From: Candidatus Bathyarchaeota archaeon
GTDB taxonomy: Archaea; Thermoproteota; Bathyarchaeia; Bathyarchaeales; Bathycorpusculaceae
Length of the DNA stretch: 64,000 nucleotides
Direction: 5' to 3'
Assembly: GCA_029907545.1 (NCBI GenBank)
Contig: JARYLR010000003.1
Span: forward strand, 23,090 to 87,089
A program made the position numbers and the translations under genes. The notes under the pieces are model-generated. The model searched no databases. It was not told where the DNA came from and saw only the letters and a list, made by a program, of their open reading frames with translations. Positions 18,423 to 28,241 of the stretch are shown in pieces. Positions within the stretch are counted from its first letter, which is position 1; every line of letters starts with the position of its first letter.

Positions 18423-20510
18423 TTATGACAGCCCTAGCAGTTTCAGCAAGTTATTGTCAACTATCAGTATCGCAAACAGCGTTGCTACCAGCGACATCAC
18501 CGTAATCATCGTGTTAAGAGACGGCCCTGCGGTGTCTTTGAACGGATCGCCTACTGTGTCGCCTACAACGGCTGCCTTGTGGGCATCGGATCCCTTTCCG
18601 CCATGTACGCCGGATTCGATAAGCTTCTTAGCGTTGTCCCATAGACCACCAGAATTCGCCATAAGCAAGGCAAAAAGCAACCCAGAGAATATTGCTCCTG
18701 CCAAGTAGCCGCCTAAGGCTTCAACGCCCGCCACAAATCCAACAATCAATGTGACTGCTATTGTCAGTATGCTTGGGGGCATAAGCTCCTTCAAAGCGCC
18801 CACGGTAGCTATATCAACACACTTCGCATAGTCAGGTTTGACGCCTTCCTTTCCTTCCTTTAGCCCAGGGATTTCTCTGAATTGTCTTCGAATTTCTGCT
18901 ATCATTCTTTCGGCGTTTCTGCCGACTCCAAGCATGACCATTGCTGAGAATACGGCAGGCATGGCTATGCCTATAAAGGCGCCGAGCAGCACTAGAGGGT
19001 TCATCAAGTCAAATACGACCGCTCCACTAACTTCGGCAGTGCTCTTGAAGGAGGCTAAGAGAGCTATCACTGTTAGTCCTGCTGCGCCTATGGCGAAGCC
19101 TTTTGTTATTGCCTTTGCCGTGTTTCCAGCAGAATCAAGTTCATCAGTGATGCGGATGACATCTTCGCCTAGTCCTGCTTGTTCAGCTATTCCTCTCGAG
19201 TTGTCTACTATTGGTCCATACGCATCGTTGGAGATGATGAGCCCAACAATTGAAAGCATACCGAGCGCTGCCATGCCTATGCCGAAAAGGGCGTAGTCGG
19301 TTCCAAGTGGGCTGCATAGAAAGTACGCAACTGTTGAGGCCACGCCTATGCCTATTAACGGTGGAAATACGCTGTGAAGTCCGTATGAGAAGCCGGTTAT
19401 TATGGTCGTCGCAGTTCCCGTTGTAGAGGCTTGTGCGGTTTTCAGCACTGGAGCTTTGTCGTCTGACGTAAAGTAGTCTGAAGTCATTCCGATAACTACG
19501 CCGGCAATTAAGCCAACAATAGCGGCGCCCCATATCCGCCACTCATAATCAAGCAGATAGGTAGCCGATAATGTCAAAACAGCAAAGATTATGCATGTAA
19601 CATACGTTCCCATATTAAGCGCGTTTCCTGGATCTCCGCTTTTTCCAACTCTAACCGTTAAGGCGCCCAAGATTGCAGCCAAGATTCCTATTCCAGCAAA
19701 CACTAGAGGCATGTGCAGATAAACTCCTTTGGAAAGAGGCAGATTGTTAAGAACTTGTCCAAGGATTAGAGCGGCTACGATGCTTGCGACGTAAGAGTCA
19801 AAAAGGTCGGCGCCCATACCTGCGACGTCGCCTACGTTGTCGCCTACGTTGTCAGCTATAACTGCGGGGTTTCTCGGGTCGTCTTCAGGTATGCCAAGTT
19901 CCACTTTGCCGACTAGGTCGGCGCTTATGTCTGCTGTCTTTGTAAATATGCCTCCTCCAGCCTTTGCAAAGAGGGCGAGAGCGCTGGCGCCAAAGCTGAA
20001 GCCGAGAACCACGTATGGGTCGTTTGTAAGGGCGAAGACGATGCTTACGCCAAGCAGACCAAGACCTACAACGGCGAAGCCCATTACTCCTCCGCCTCTA
20101 AATCCGATGGGGAACGCCTTGTTCAAACCGTTTCTTGCTGCTTGAGCCGCTTTGGCGTTGGCTTTTGTTGCTACGCTCAGTCCTAGGTATCCTGCGAGGG
20201 CTGAGCAGAATGAGCCAAAGATGTAGGCAAGGGACATTGCGGCGTGTTTTAGTAGGTCGGCGTCGGGGCTCCATATGGATGGGGCGGGTAGAAAGATGAA
20301 TATTAGCACGGATACGACGGCAACAAACATTGCGAGTGTGATGTATTCTCTTTTTAGGAAGGCGTAGGCTCCTTCAGTGATTGCTGACGAGATTTCTTTC
20401 ATTTTTTCGGTGCCACTGTCTTGCTTCTTGATGTAGAAGTAGAAGTATAGTCCCAAGAGAATTGATACTAGAGCAGAGATTGGTGCTATTAACCACGCAA
20501 ACTCGTTCAT
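18423..20510 (-). CDS. hppA: membrane-bound H+(Na+)-translocating pyrophosphatase
   Basis: 695 aa with about 16 TM helices. It has the signature GDNVGDVAGMGADLFDSY and the C-terminal GDTVGDPFKDTAGPSLN. Confidence 0.95.
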   Translation of the reverse strand: MNEFAWLIAPISALVSILLGLYFYFYIKKQDSGTEKMKEISSAITEGAYAFLKREYITLAMFVAVVSVLIFIFLPAPSIWSPDADLLKHAAMSLAYIFGSFCSALAGYLGLSVATKANAKAAQAARNGLNKAFPIGFRGGGVMGFAVVGLGLLGVSIVFALTNDPYVVLGFSFGASALALFAKAGGGIFTKTADISADLVGKVELGIPEDDPRNPAVIADNVGDNVGDVAGMGADLFDSYVASIVAALILGQVLNNLPLSKGVYLHMPLVFAGIGILAAILGALTVRVGKSGDPGNALNMGTYVTCIIFAVLTLSATYLLDYEWRIWGAAIVGLIAGVVIGMTSDYFTSDDKAPVLKTAQASTTGTATTIITGFSYGLHSVFPPLIGIGVASTVAYFLCSPLGTDYALFGIGMAALGMLSIVGLIISNDAYGPIVDNSRGIAEQAGLGEDVIRITDELDSAGNTAKAITKGFAIGAAGLTVIALLASFKSTAEVSGAVVFDLMNPLVLLGAFIGIAMPAVFSAMVMLGVGRNAERMIAEIRRQFREIPGLKEGKEGVKPDYAKCVDIATVGALKELMPPSILTIAVTLIVGFVAGVEALGGYLAGAIFSGLLFALLMANSGGLWDNAKKLIESGVHGGKGSDAHKAAVVGDTVGDPFKDTAGPSLNTMITVMSLVATLFAILIVDNNLLKLLGLS

Positions 20511-20682
20511 TGTCTTGTTCCCTTCTCCATGTTATTTTGGGAACCTAAGTGAGGTCAATGCTCTTATAAACTTTGTTAAAGCAACATTCCAGTTTGAGAA
20601 AAAGATATATTCTCTAGCCTTAACATAGCCTCAGCGTCAGCGAAAAGGAGCGAGGCATACGTCTTCGAAGTCTTGGCATGCA

Positions 20683-23418
20683 ATGAAAGTTGAGGAAACG
20701 ATAACAGAACTAAGTTCCAATGAGGCAGGATTAAGCCAAGAAGAGGCAAAGAAGCGATTTCTTCAATATGGACCTAACGAGCTGCAGAAAGAAAAAGGAA
20801 AATCAAGAATAAGGCTATTTCTTGAGCAGTTCACCGACATACTAATTATCATTCTGCTAGCGGCTACGGGACTTTCAGTCGCGATCGGAGAGATCGTTGA
20901 TGCCGCAGTCATCATGGCTATAGTTTTGGCGACGGCGACGCTTGGGTTTGTTGAGGAGTACCGCTCAGAAAAAGCCGTGGAAGCCCTAAAGAAGATGACG
21001 GCGCCGACAGCTACCGTTCTACGTGACGGAAAAGAGATCAGGATCGCAGCCAGCGAGATCGTGCCCGGAGACATTATTCTTCTGTATACTGGAGACAAGG
21101 TTCCAGCAGATGCACGGATTATTGAGGCTATCAACCTTAAACTGGATGAAGCCTCATTGACGGGGGAATCGGCGCCTGTTAACAAGAATGTTGAGCCGTG
21201 TAAGGCCGAGGCACCGATTAATGACAGACGGAATATGGCGTTTACTGGCACGGTTGTAGTTTATGGTAGAGGAAAGGCAATAGCCACTTCTACGGGAATG
21301 AACACAGAATTCGGGAAAATTGCCAAAATGGTTCAGATGACTGAGGAGGAGACAACTCCGCTTGAGAAGAGAACACAGTCAATTGGTAAGTGGATAGGCG
21401 TTCTTTCTTTATCAGTCTGCGCAATCGTAGCAATAATAGGTATCATAGAACAGCATGATCCTATTACGATGCTTTTGTGGGGAGTCAGCCTCGCCGTTGC
21501 AGCTGTTCCCGAAGCTCTTCCAGCAATCGTAACCGGGGCTTTAGCTGTTGGTATGTACAGAATGGCTAAAGTCAATACAATTGTGAAGAAGTTGCCTGCG
21601 GTTGAGACTCTTGGGTGCACAAGCGTTATTTGCTCCGACAAGACGGGAACGATGACCAAGGGAGAAATGACTGTTCAGAGAATATACGTAAATGACCAGA
21701 CTGTTAAGGTGACTGGCGTCGGCTACGATCCCGACGGCGAATTCCTCGTGGAAGACAAGAAAGCTGACCCGAAAAATGTAAAACTTGCTACGCTTCTTAC
21801 CTCGGCAACATTGTGCAATGACGCCAAGCTGGAAAAAGATCCGGCAAGCAACAGGTGGATTATAAAGGGCGACCCGACCGAAGGCGCTTTAGTTGTTGCG
21901 GCGGCGAAAGCTGGGTTGTGGAAGCAGGAGCTTGAGCAGCAGCAGCCTCGTGTAGCTGAGATTCCGTTCTCTTCTGAAACGAAGCGCATGACAACGGTTC
22001 ATGTTGTTTCGGGCAAGAAGAAAATTGCCTACATGAAAGGTGCGCCTGAAATAGTCCTGGAAAAGTGTTCAAAAACTCTTGATGATAATGGAGTTCGTAA
22101 ACTTACTGATGACTATAGAACGAGGATTTTGAAGGTAAATGAGGCTATGGCAAAGCAAGCCTTGAGAAACTTGGGCTTCGCATTCAGAGAACTCCCTGAC
22201 AACTTGGAGACGTATGACGAGAAAATCGAGAAAGACTTCGTCTTTGTCGGCATTATGGGCATGATCGATCCGCCTCGTGAAGAAGTGAAAGACGCGATAT
22301 ACACCTGCAAGAAGGCAGGCATACACGTAGTCATGGTTACAGGCGACCACAAGCTCACCGCTGTAGCGGTAGCCAAAGCGCTTAATTTGTTAGGTGAAAA
22401 TGACGATGAAGAAGAAAGAGTGCTGACAGGAGAGGAGCTGGAGAACCTCACTGACGAGCAGTTAGAGGCTAAAGTTGAGAAAGTGCTGATTTATGCACGG
22501 GTTTCCCCTGAGCATAAGATGAGAATAGTGAAGGCTTGGAAAGCCAAGGGAAATGTTGTAGCCATGACTGGAGACGGCGTTAATGATGCTCCAGCGTTGA
22601 AGATGGCGGACATAGGGATTTCTATGGGCATAACAGGCACCGAGGTAACGAAAGAAGCATCCGACATGGTTCTCACAGACGACAACTTCGCTTCTATTGT
22701 GAAAGCGGCACGCGAAGGACGGGAAATCTACGATAACATCAAGAAATACTTGACCTACCTTATGCGCTGCAATATCATGGAAATAATTGTCATGTTTGTA
22801 GCAGTAGTCGCTGTCCCCTATCTGGCAAGGCTGTTTTCTCCAGGCGCTTCTGAGACGGGGTTAGGAGAAGCCGCGATCGCTCTGACTGCCGCACAGTTGC
22901 TTTGGGTGAATTTGACGACTGATGGATTGCCGGCTATGGCGTTAGGGATAGATCCAGGTGACCCCGACATAATGGAGAGGAAGCCACGTGACCCCGAAGA
23001 AAGCGTGTTTACTCGTGATGTGAAGATCTACCTCTTTGTTGTTCCCATCATGATGAGTGCCCTACTGCTCTTTGGCTATCTTTACTATAGGCCATGGGAG
23101 GGAGGAGCGCAGCTGCTGGAGGCGCGGACTCAACTGCTTACTGCGATGATCTTGATGGAGCTGGCTAACGCTATATCTGCTCGTTCACTCAAGTATCCAG
23201 TATGGAAAGTCGGCGTCTTCAAAAACAAGTTCCTCTGGATTGCGGTGCTGTCGTCGTTTGCGCTTCAGCTCGTGGTTCTTTACACTCCGGGTCTCAACAC
23301 CGTTTTCGAGGTTGGCGCACCGGAGCCGCTTGATTGGGCGTTCGCGATAGCTTTCACCGCGATAGTGTTTGGCTCGCTGGAGATAGGCAAGTACATCGCA
23401 AGCAGAAAGCGAAAATAG
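20683..23418 (+). CDS. cation-transporting P-type ATPase (type II, Ca2+/SERCA-like)
   Basis: 911 aa. It has TGES, the phosphorylation motif CSDKTGTMT, KGAPE, MVTGDH and MTGDGVNDAPALK, with 10-TM architecture. Confidence 0.93.
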   Translation: MKVEETITELSSNEAGLSQEEAKKRFLQYGPNELQKEKGKSRIRLFLEQFTDILIIILLAATGLSVAIGEIVDAAVIMAIVLATATLGFVEEYRSEKAVEALKKMTAPTATVLRDGKEIRIAASEIVPGDIILLYTGDKVPADARIIEAINLKLDEASLTGESAPVNKNVEPCKAEAPINDRRNMAFTGTVVVYGRGKAIATSTGMNTEFGKIAKMVQMTEEETTPLEKRTQSIGKWIGVLSLSVCAIVAIIGIIEQHDPITMLLWGVSLAVAAVPEALPAIVTGALAVGMYRMAKVNTIVKKLPAVETLGCTSVICSDKTGTMTKGEMTVQRIYVNDQTVKVTGVGYDPDGEFLVEDKKADPKNVKLATLLTSATLCNDAKLEKDPASNRWIIKGDPTEGALVVAAAKAGLWKQELEQQQPRVAEIPFSSETKRMTTVHVVSGKKKIAYMKGAPEIVLEKCSKTLDDNGVRKLTDDYRTRILKVNEAMAKQALRNLGFAFRELPDNLETYDEKIEKDFVFVGIMGMIDPPREEVKDAIYTCKKAGIHVVMVTGDHKLTAVAVAKALNLLGENDDEEERVLTGEELENLTDEQLEAKVEKVLIYARVSPEHKMRIVKAWKAKGNVVAMTGDGVNDAPALKMADIGISMGITGTEVTKEASDMVLTDDNFASIVKAAREGREIYDNIKKYLTYLMRCNIMEIIVMFVAVVAVPYLARLFSPGASETGLGEAAIALTAAQLLWVNLTTDGLPAMALGIDPGDPDIMERKPRDPEESVFTRDVKIYLFVVPIMMSALLLFGYLYYRPWEGGAQLLEARTQLLTAMILMELANAISARSLKYPVWKVGVFKNKFLWIAVLSSFALQLVVLYTPGLNTVFEVGAPEPLDWAFAIAFTAIVFGSLEIGKYIASRKRK

Positions 23419-23486
23419 GCTTGGAAAGGCTTATACCATTCCAGTGAGCACAGCTTTTTTTCTCCGTGTGAAAGGAGCAAGAAGAT

Positions 23487-24131
23487 ATGAGTGAAAAAAC
23501 TGCAAATCCAGCACCGCTAGGACTGCTCGGCTTCGGAGTAACCACCGTGCTACTGAACTATTTCCACAACTTTCGCCTCGGAGGAATTGACGCCGCCATC
23601 CTTGGAATGGGGATATTCTACGGCGGCTTGGCACAGGTAATCGCTGGCTTGCTTGAGTACAGAAAGGGAAACACGTTCGGAACCACTGCCTTTACATCAT
23701 ACGGTCTGTTCTGGCTGTCTTTCGTAGCACTGAACTGGCTTGGCACAAACCAGGTTGCAAGGTATGCAGTGTGGCCGTTTTCGTACCCATACAACATGAC
23801 ACCTTGGCTTGTGAGCAATGAAGCTTTAGCAGCGTACTTCTTCATGTGGGGGCTCTTTACGCTGATGATGTTCTTCGGGACTCTCAAGAGGAACCGTGCA
23901 TTGCAATTTGTCTTCGCAAGTCTTGCCGTGCTGTTTTTCCTGCTTGCAGCCAGAGAGGGGCTTGTTGCCTCAACATTTCTAGTGGCAAACAGCGCGGAGT
24001 GGAACCTGTTTACACAGGTAATAGGCGTCGAAGGCGTCATCTGCGGGTTGAGCGCGGTTTATCTTGCCATAGCTGAAGTGCTTAACGAAACCTACGGAAA
24101 AACAGTTCTGCCGATATGCCCAGTGACCTAG
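23487..24131 (+). CDS. GPR1/FUN34/YaaH (SatP/AceTr) family acetate/succinate channel
   Basis: 214 aa with 6 TM helices. It has the family signature NPAPLGLLGFG near the N-terminus and the YGxFW motif (SYGLFWLSF). Confidence 0.85.
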   Translation: MSEKTANPAPLGLLGFGVTTVLLNYFHNFRLGGIDAAILGMGIFYGGLAQVIAGLLEYRKGNTFGTTAFTSYGLFWLSFVALNWLGTNQVARYAVWPFSYPYNMTPWLVSNEALAAYFFMWGLFTLMMFFGTLKRNRALQFVFASLAVLFFLLAAREGLVASTFLVANSAEWNLFTQVIGVEGVICGLSAVYLAIAEVLNETYGKTVLPICPVT

Positions 24132-24162
24132 GAAATTTCTCACTCTTTTTTTATTTTTCCAT

Positions 24163-24179
24163 AAAAAAGGTTTATATTT
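24163..24179 (+). promoter_or_regulatory. BRE/TATA-like promoter element for acs
   Basis: AAAAAAGGTTTATATTT (purine-rich BRE-like run plus TTTATATT) lies about 45 nt upstream of ATG 24221. A T-rich run at 24144-24158 just after the satP stop could act as terminator. Confidence 0.45.
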
Positions 24180-24220
24180 CGGAAACAAGGCTTCAAAGTT
24201 TCTTTGCGGAAGGATTGAGC

Positions 24221-26161
24221 ATGTCTGAAGCAAGTTTGCCGTTTAACGAGAAAATAATCCCTATAAAGACTCTGGGAGAGGAATGGGAAAGATCTATCAG
24301 AAACCCACAAGAGTTTTGGGCTGAAAAGGCGAAGGCTCTTCGATGGATGAAAACATGGGATAAAGTGCTTGACGACTCAAACCCTCCATTCTACAAGTGG
24401 TTTTCAGGTGGCATTTTGAACATATGCGATAACGCATTGGACAGGCATTTGACAACGCCGAAAAAGAACAAGCTGGCGTACATTTGGGAAGGCGAGGATG
24501 GCGAAATTCGGTCTTTCACCTTTTATCAGCTTTACAGAGAAGTGAACAAGCTGGCGAAGATCTTCAAGAACTTTGGCTTGAAGAAGGGCGACAGAGTTGC
24601 CGTCTACCTGCCGATGATTCCTGAACTGCCTATCACATTACTGGCAACGGTAAGATTGGGCGGAGTTCACACTGTGATTTTCTCTGGATTCAGCGCCGAA
24701 GCACTTGCAGATAGAATAAACGACTGTCAAGCTAAAGTCCTCGTAACCGCTGATGGCGCATATAGACGCGGGAAAACTGTGATGCTGAAGGATACGGCTG
24801 ACCGCGCTTTGGCAAACACGCCAACCATCGAGAAAGTAGTTGTCGTCAGAAGAACTGGGCAGCAGATTTCAATGAAGGAAGGACGTGACTACTACTATCA
24901 CGAGCTAATGTCCAAGGTTGAAGCTAACGCTTATGTTCCTCCGGAACCCATGGAAGCGACTGATCCGATTTTCATACTTTACACGTCTGGAACAACAGGA
25001 AAACCAAAAGGCGTTCAGCACGGCACGGGTGGCTATCTGGTCTGGGGTTACTGGACACTTAAGTGGGGCTTTAATCCGAACGACGAGGATATTTGGTGGT
25101 GCACTGCAGACATAGGGTGGATCACTGGGCACACGTACAACGTGTATGCTCCCTTGGCGCTTGGCGTGACCTCGTTCCTCTTTGAAGGAACTCCTGACTA
25201 TCCTGCTCAAGACCGCTGGTGGGAAATCATAGAGAAGCATGGAATAACTATACTTTACACAACTCCTACCGCGATCAGAATGTTCATGAGATACGGCGAA
25301 GAGTGGGTGAAGAAGCATGACCTAAGCACTCTAAGACTTTTAGGCTCGGTTGGTGAACCCATCAACCCCGAGGCATGGCGATGGTACTACAAAGTAATTG
25401 GGAAAGAAAAGCTTGCCATAATCGATACTTGGTGGCAGACAGAAACAGGCGGATTCATGATTGCACCGCTGTCAGGACTTGAGCTTGTTCCGCTGAAGCC
25501 AGGCTCAGCCACGAAACCCTTGCCTGGCGTGCAGGCGGACGTGTGGGATGAGAAAGGGCAGCCTTCTCCGGTTTCGACGCGAGGCTTTCTCGTGATTAAG
25601 GGGTCTTGGCCTGGCATACTGCAGACGTTGTGGAGGGATCCGGAAAGATATAAGCAGGCGTATTTCAGCCGTTTCCCGAATGTTTACTATACGGGTGACT
25701 ACGCGATTAAGGATCCGGATGGCTATTTCTGGCTGCTTGGAAGAGCGGATGAGGTGCTGAAGGTTGCGGGACACAGGATTGGCACGGTTGAGCTTGAAAG
25801 CGAGCTTGTGGCGCATCCGGCAGTGTCGGAAGCCGCGGTCATGGGCAAGGAGGATCCTGTTAAAGGCGAAGTTCCTGTGGCCTTTGTGGTTCTGCGCAGC
25901 GGCTACACACCTTCAGAGGAGCTGCGTCAGCAGCTAGTGCAGCATATTCGGTCAACGATCGGTCCGATTGCTACTCCGGAAGCGATTGTCATGGTGAACA
26001 AGTTGCCGAAGACGCGGAGTGGCAAGATTATGCGAAGGCTGTTGAAGGCGGTGTTGGCGGGTGCGGCTTTGGGTGATGTTTCAACGCTTGAGGACGAGGC
26101 TTCTGTGGAGGATATAAAGGCGACTTATGAGGAGCTTCGGAAGCAGCTGGAAAAGAAGTAA
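24221..26161 (+). CDS. acs: acetyl-CoA synthetase (AMP-forming)
   Basis: The track ORF starts at 24116, but the first 35 codons are low-complexity promoter sequence. ATG 24221 (MSEASLPFNEK) is preceded by GGAAGG. Motifs: YTSGTTGKPKG, WWQTETGG, YYTGDYA, PKTRSGKIMRR. Confidence 0.93.
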   Translation: MSEASLPFNEKIIPIKTLGEEWERSIRNPQEFWAEKAKALRWMKTWDKVLDDSNPPFYKWFSGGILNICDNALDRHLTTPKKNKLAYIWEGEDGEIRSFTFYQLYREVNKLAKIFKNFGLKKGDRVAVYLPMIPELPITLLATVRLGGVHTVIFSGFSAEALADRINDCQAKVLVTADGAYRRGKTVMLKDTADRALANTPTIEKVVVVRRTGQQISMKEGRDYYYHELMSKVEANAYVPPEPMEATDPIFILYTSGTTGKPKGVQHGTGGYLVWGYWTLKWGFNPNDEDIWWCTADIGWITGHTYNVYAPLALGVTSFLFEGTPDYPAQDRWWEIIEKHGITILYTTPTAIRMFMRYGEEWVKKHDLSTLRLLGSVGEPINPEAWRWYYKVIGKEKLAIIDTWWQTETGGFMIAPLSGLELVPLKPGSATKPLPGVQADVWDEKGQPSPVSTRGFLVIKGSWPGILQTLWRDPERYKQAYFSRFPNVYYTGDYAIKDPDGYFWLLGRADEVLKVAGHRIGTVELESELVAHPAVSEAAVMGKEDPVKGEVPVAFVVLRSGYTPSEELRQQLVQHIRSTIGPIATPEAIVMVNKLPKTRSGKIMRRLLKAVLAGAALGDVSTLEDEASVEDIKATYEELRKQLEKK

Positions 26162-26264
26162 GATCGCCTTTCTTTTTCTTATGTGCCTTTTGTCTGTGAC
26201 GGAAAACTATACCCCCGTATATATACTAGTTACGGGCATTGCATTGTTTGCGGGGGAAGAGAGT

Positions 26265-27004
26265 TTGGGTGTTGATGGGCTGTATGCTGATGTTGTTAGA
26301 GAGTTGGAGCGGAGGGCTGATGCTGAGCAAGCGAAGAAGGAGATGTATTTTCATAAGCAGGTTGGAGATGGCTTTCGGTGCTATGGCATTAGTGCGCCAG
26401 ATTTTAAGGAAATAGTTAAGAAGTTTAAACAGGCTTTTAAAGAACTTAGTTTTGAAGATAGGTTTGAGCTTGCGAGAAGATTCTTTAGGTCTCGGTATGG
26501 GGGTCAGATGAGCTTTGGCATCGCGCTTTTGAAGTTGAACGTTAAAGAGATGAAGCCCGCGGATTTTGGGGTTCTGGAAGAAGTTGGCGACTGCCTAAAC
26601 AACTGGGGAACTGTGGATGGGTTCTGCATTGATGTGCTGCAGCCTCTGTTGCTGGAGTATCCAAATGAGATATTAGGCATTTTGAAAAGGTGGAATAGGT
26701 CGGAAAGCTTGTGGAAACGGCGAGCCAGCGTCGTAGTATTCACTAGAAACATTGGAAAAAGTGGAAAATTCACTGATGAGGCATTGAAGCTTTGCGACAA
26801 TCTGATCTGGGATAAGGAAGATTTAGTGAGAAAGGGTGTGGGCTGGGCACTAAAAGACACTATGAGAGGAGACAAAAAAAAGTATTGGAATATGTCAAGG
26901 AGCTGCGGCGGAGAGGGGTCTCAGCGGTAATAACGTTATATGCCATACGAGACTTGAAAGGAAACGAGCGAAAAGCAGTCCTAGATGTTAAGCTTCAGAG
27001 CTGA
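26265..27004 (+). pseudogene. DNA alkylation repair protein (AlkD-like HEAT-repeat family), reading frame broken at an A8 run (26874-26881)
   Basis: The track ORF 26127-26930 ends ...GDKKKYWNMSRSCGGEGSQR*. Reading one base later after the A-run gives VLEYVKELRRRGVSAVITLYAIRDLKGNERKAVLDVKLQS* (stop 27002-27004), which looks like the normal family C-terminus. The likely start is TTG 26265, about 40 nt after TATA-like CGTATATATACT (26217-26228). This may be a sequencing artefact rather than a true pseudogene. Confidence 0.65.
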
Positions 27005-27095
27005 AGAACGGGAAAGCGAGCGAGGTGTATGTTCGCAGACTTCGTTGAGTTTTGAAGTTTGTTTGACTTGGATTTTTTGGTTTGTGTGCGGTAGG

Positions 27096-27131
27096 TTTAT
27101 ATATTACCTTTAGGTAATTACCTTACGGTAA
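27096..27131 (+). promoter_or_regulatory. TATA box followed by two adjacent palindromes (TTACCT-TT-AGGTAA and TTACC-TTAC-GGTAA): promoter/operator of the wHTH-hsp20 operon
   Basis: Read directly: TTTATATAT 27096-27104; TTACCT 27104-27109 / AGGTAA 27112-27117; TTACC 27118-27122 / GGTAA 27127-27131. The regulator gene ATG is at 27151. Confidence 0.5.
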
Positions 27132-27150
27132 TAAAGCAGCGTGAAGGCAT

Positions 27151-27564
27151 ATGGCGCTCAAACTCAAGCTAGTGCGAAACAACAAAACAGTATTCGAAAT
27201 CCCCTTGTCTCCCGAAGACTGGGAAAAAGAAGAACTAGAAAACGAGTTCGACGCGTCAGAGGAAGAATTCAGAAAACTGTCCAAACTCTTCGACGCCCTA
27301 TCCCACGAAACACGCTTGCGAATGATGAGAAAACTCCTCCAAGAAGAAGACCACACCATGGGCTTCGCAGACTTCATGCGCGAACTCGACCTAAACCCCA
27401 AAATAGTCTGGGAAAACTCGAAAAAACTTGCTGAAGGGGGACTCCTACAGAAGACCGCGAGAGGACAGTATCGCTGCTCGCAGACAGGACAAACCGCCTT
27501 CATAATGATGAGCCTTGCTCTTCGACGCTTACTTGAGTCAATTGAAGAAATCGAAAACCTGTAA
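27151..27564 (+). CDS. ArsR/Phr-like winged-helix transcription regulator (putative heat-shock regulator)
   Basis: 137 aa. The wHTH core is FDALSHETRLRMMRKLLQEE..MGFADFMRELDLNPKIVWENSKKLAEGGLLQK. It lies immediately upstream of, and is probably co-transcribed with, an Hsp20 gene. Confidence 0.7.
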   Translation: MALKLKLVRNNKTVFEIPLSPEDWEKEELENEFDASEEEFRKLSKLFDALSHETRLRMMRKLLQEEDHTMGFADFMRELDLNPKIVWENSKKLAEGGLLQKTARGQYRCSQTGQTAFIMMSLALRRLLESIEEIENL

Positions 27565-27577
27565 GGAGGTGAAACCA

Positions 27578-28147
27578 TTGGTCTTTGAAAATGACTTCAA
27601 CGAATTCTTCGAAGAAATCGAAACGTTCAACACAAAATACATGAAACGGTTCCAGCAGCAGTTGGAAGAAGTTCTGAAGAAACTGCACAACGGCGAAATC
27701 AGAGGAACATTCGAAACCGAGGAAATCGACAAGCCCGGAGTTAAAGGCTTCATTTTCAGAGGACGCTTTGGAAACGAGGAAGCGCTAGAGCCAATAGAAC
27801 CTCTTAAACCTTTCAGAAGACCCATTCTTCCAGAAAGACCGATAGCCATTCCTAAAAAGGCGCTTGAAGAAACCAGAGAGCCTTTGACCGACATCTTCGA
27901 AGAAGACAGTGCGTTGAAAATCTACGTGGAACTGCCGGGAGAGGAAAAAGAAGACATAAAACTCGATATCAAGCAAGACAAAGTGGAGATCAGAGCCAGA
28001 AACTTTTACAAGCAGCTAGAACTGCCCACAAACAACATCGACATAGACAAGGCATTTTCCGACTACAAGAACGGCGTGCTCAAGATAACCATACCGAAGA
28101 AGCTGAAAATCCGCGGCGAAGACAAGAAAAAGACAAAGATAGTCTAA
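27578..28147 (+). CDS. Hsp20/alpha-crystallin family small heat-shock protein
   Basis: C-terminal alpha-crystallin domain: LKIYVELPGEEKEDIKLDIKQDKVEIRA...LELPTNNIDIDKAFSDYKNGVLKITIPKK. The track start 27515 overlaps the regulator gene. TTG 27578 (or GTG 27569) follows the strong SD-like AGGAGGT at 27564-27570. Confidence 0.85.
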   Translation: MVFENDFNEFFEEIETFNTKYMKRFQQQLEEVLKKLHNGEIRGTFETEEIDKPGVKGFIFRGRFGNEEALEPIEPLKPFRRPILPERPIAIPKKALEETREPLTDIFEEDSALKIYVELPGEEKEDIKLDIKQDKVEIRARNFYKQLELPTNNIDIDKAFSDYKNGVLKITIPKKLKIRGEDKKKTKIV

Positions 28148-28160
28148 ACCTATCTCCACT

Positions 28161-28171
28161 TTCTATTTTTT
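28161..28171 (+). terminator. oligo-T tract after hsp20 (archaeal-type terminator candidate)
   Basis: TTCTATTTTTT starts 14 nt after the hsp20 stop. Confidence 0.35.
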
Positions 28172-28241
28172 GGAAAGCACAGCATAGCAGCGAATCATGC
28201 GTCTTTTAGTGCTTGAACAGATAGAAGAAAGCATATGCCGG

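Noticed and set aside
24116-24220. N-terminal extensions of tracked ORFs (acs from 24116, cofE from 12788, rpl1 from 52504, alkD-like from 26127, hsp20 from 27515)
   Set aside because: The extensions run through promoter or T-rich sequence or overlap upstream genes, and they encode non-conserved peptides. Internal starts reproduce the canonical family N-termini and have SD-like or TATA elements at sensible spacing.
26874-26881. Programmed ribosomal or transcriptional slippage as the explanation for the homopolymer frameshifts
   Set aside because: The affected genes are unrelated to one another. All need the same one-base correction, and none has a recognisable stimulatory structure. A technical indel or simple mutation is more parsimonious, and the biological option is left open only in the findings.
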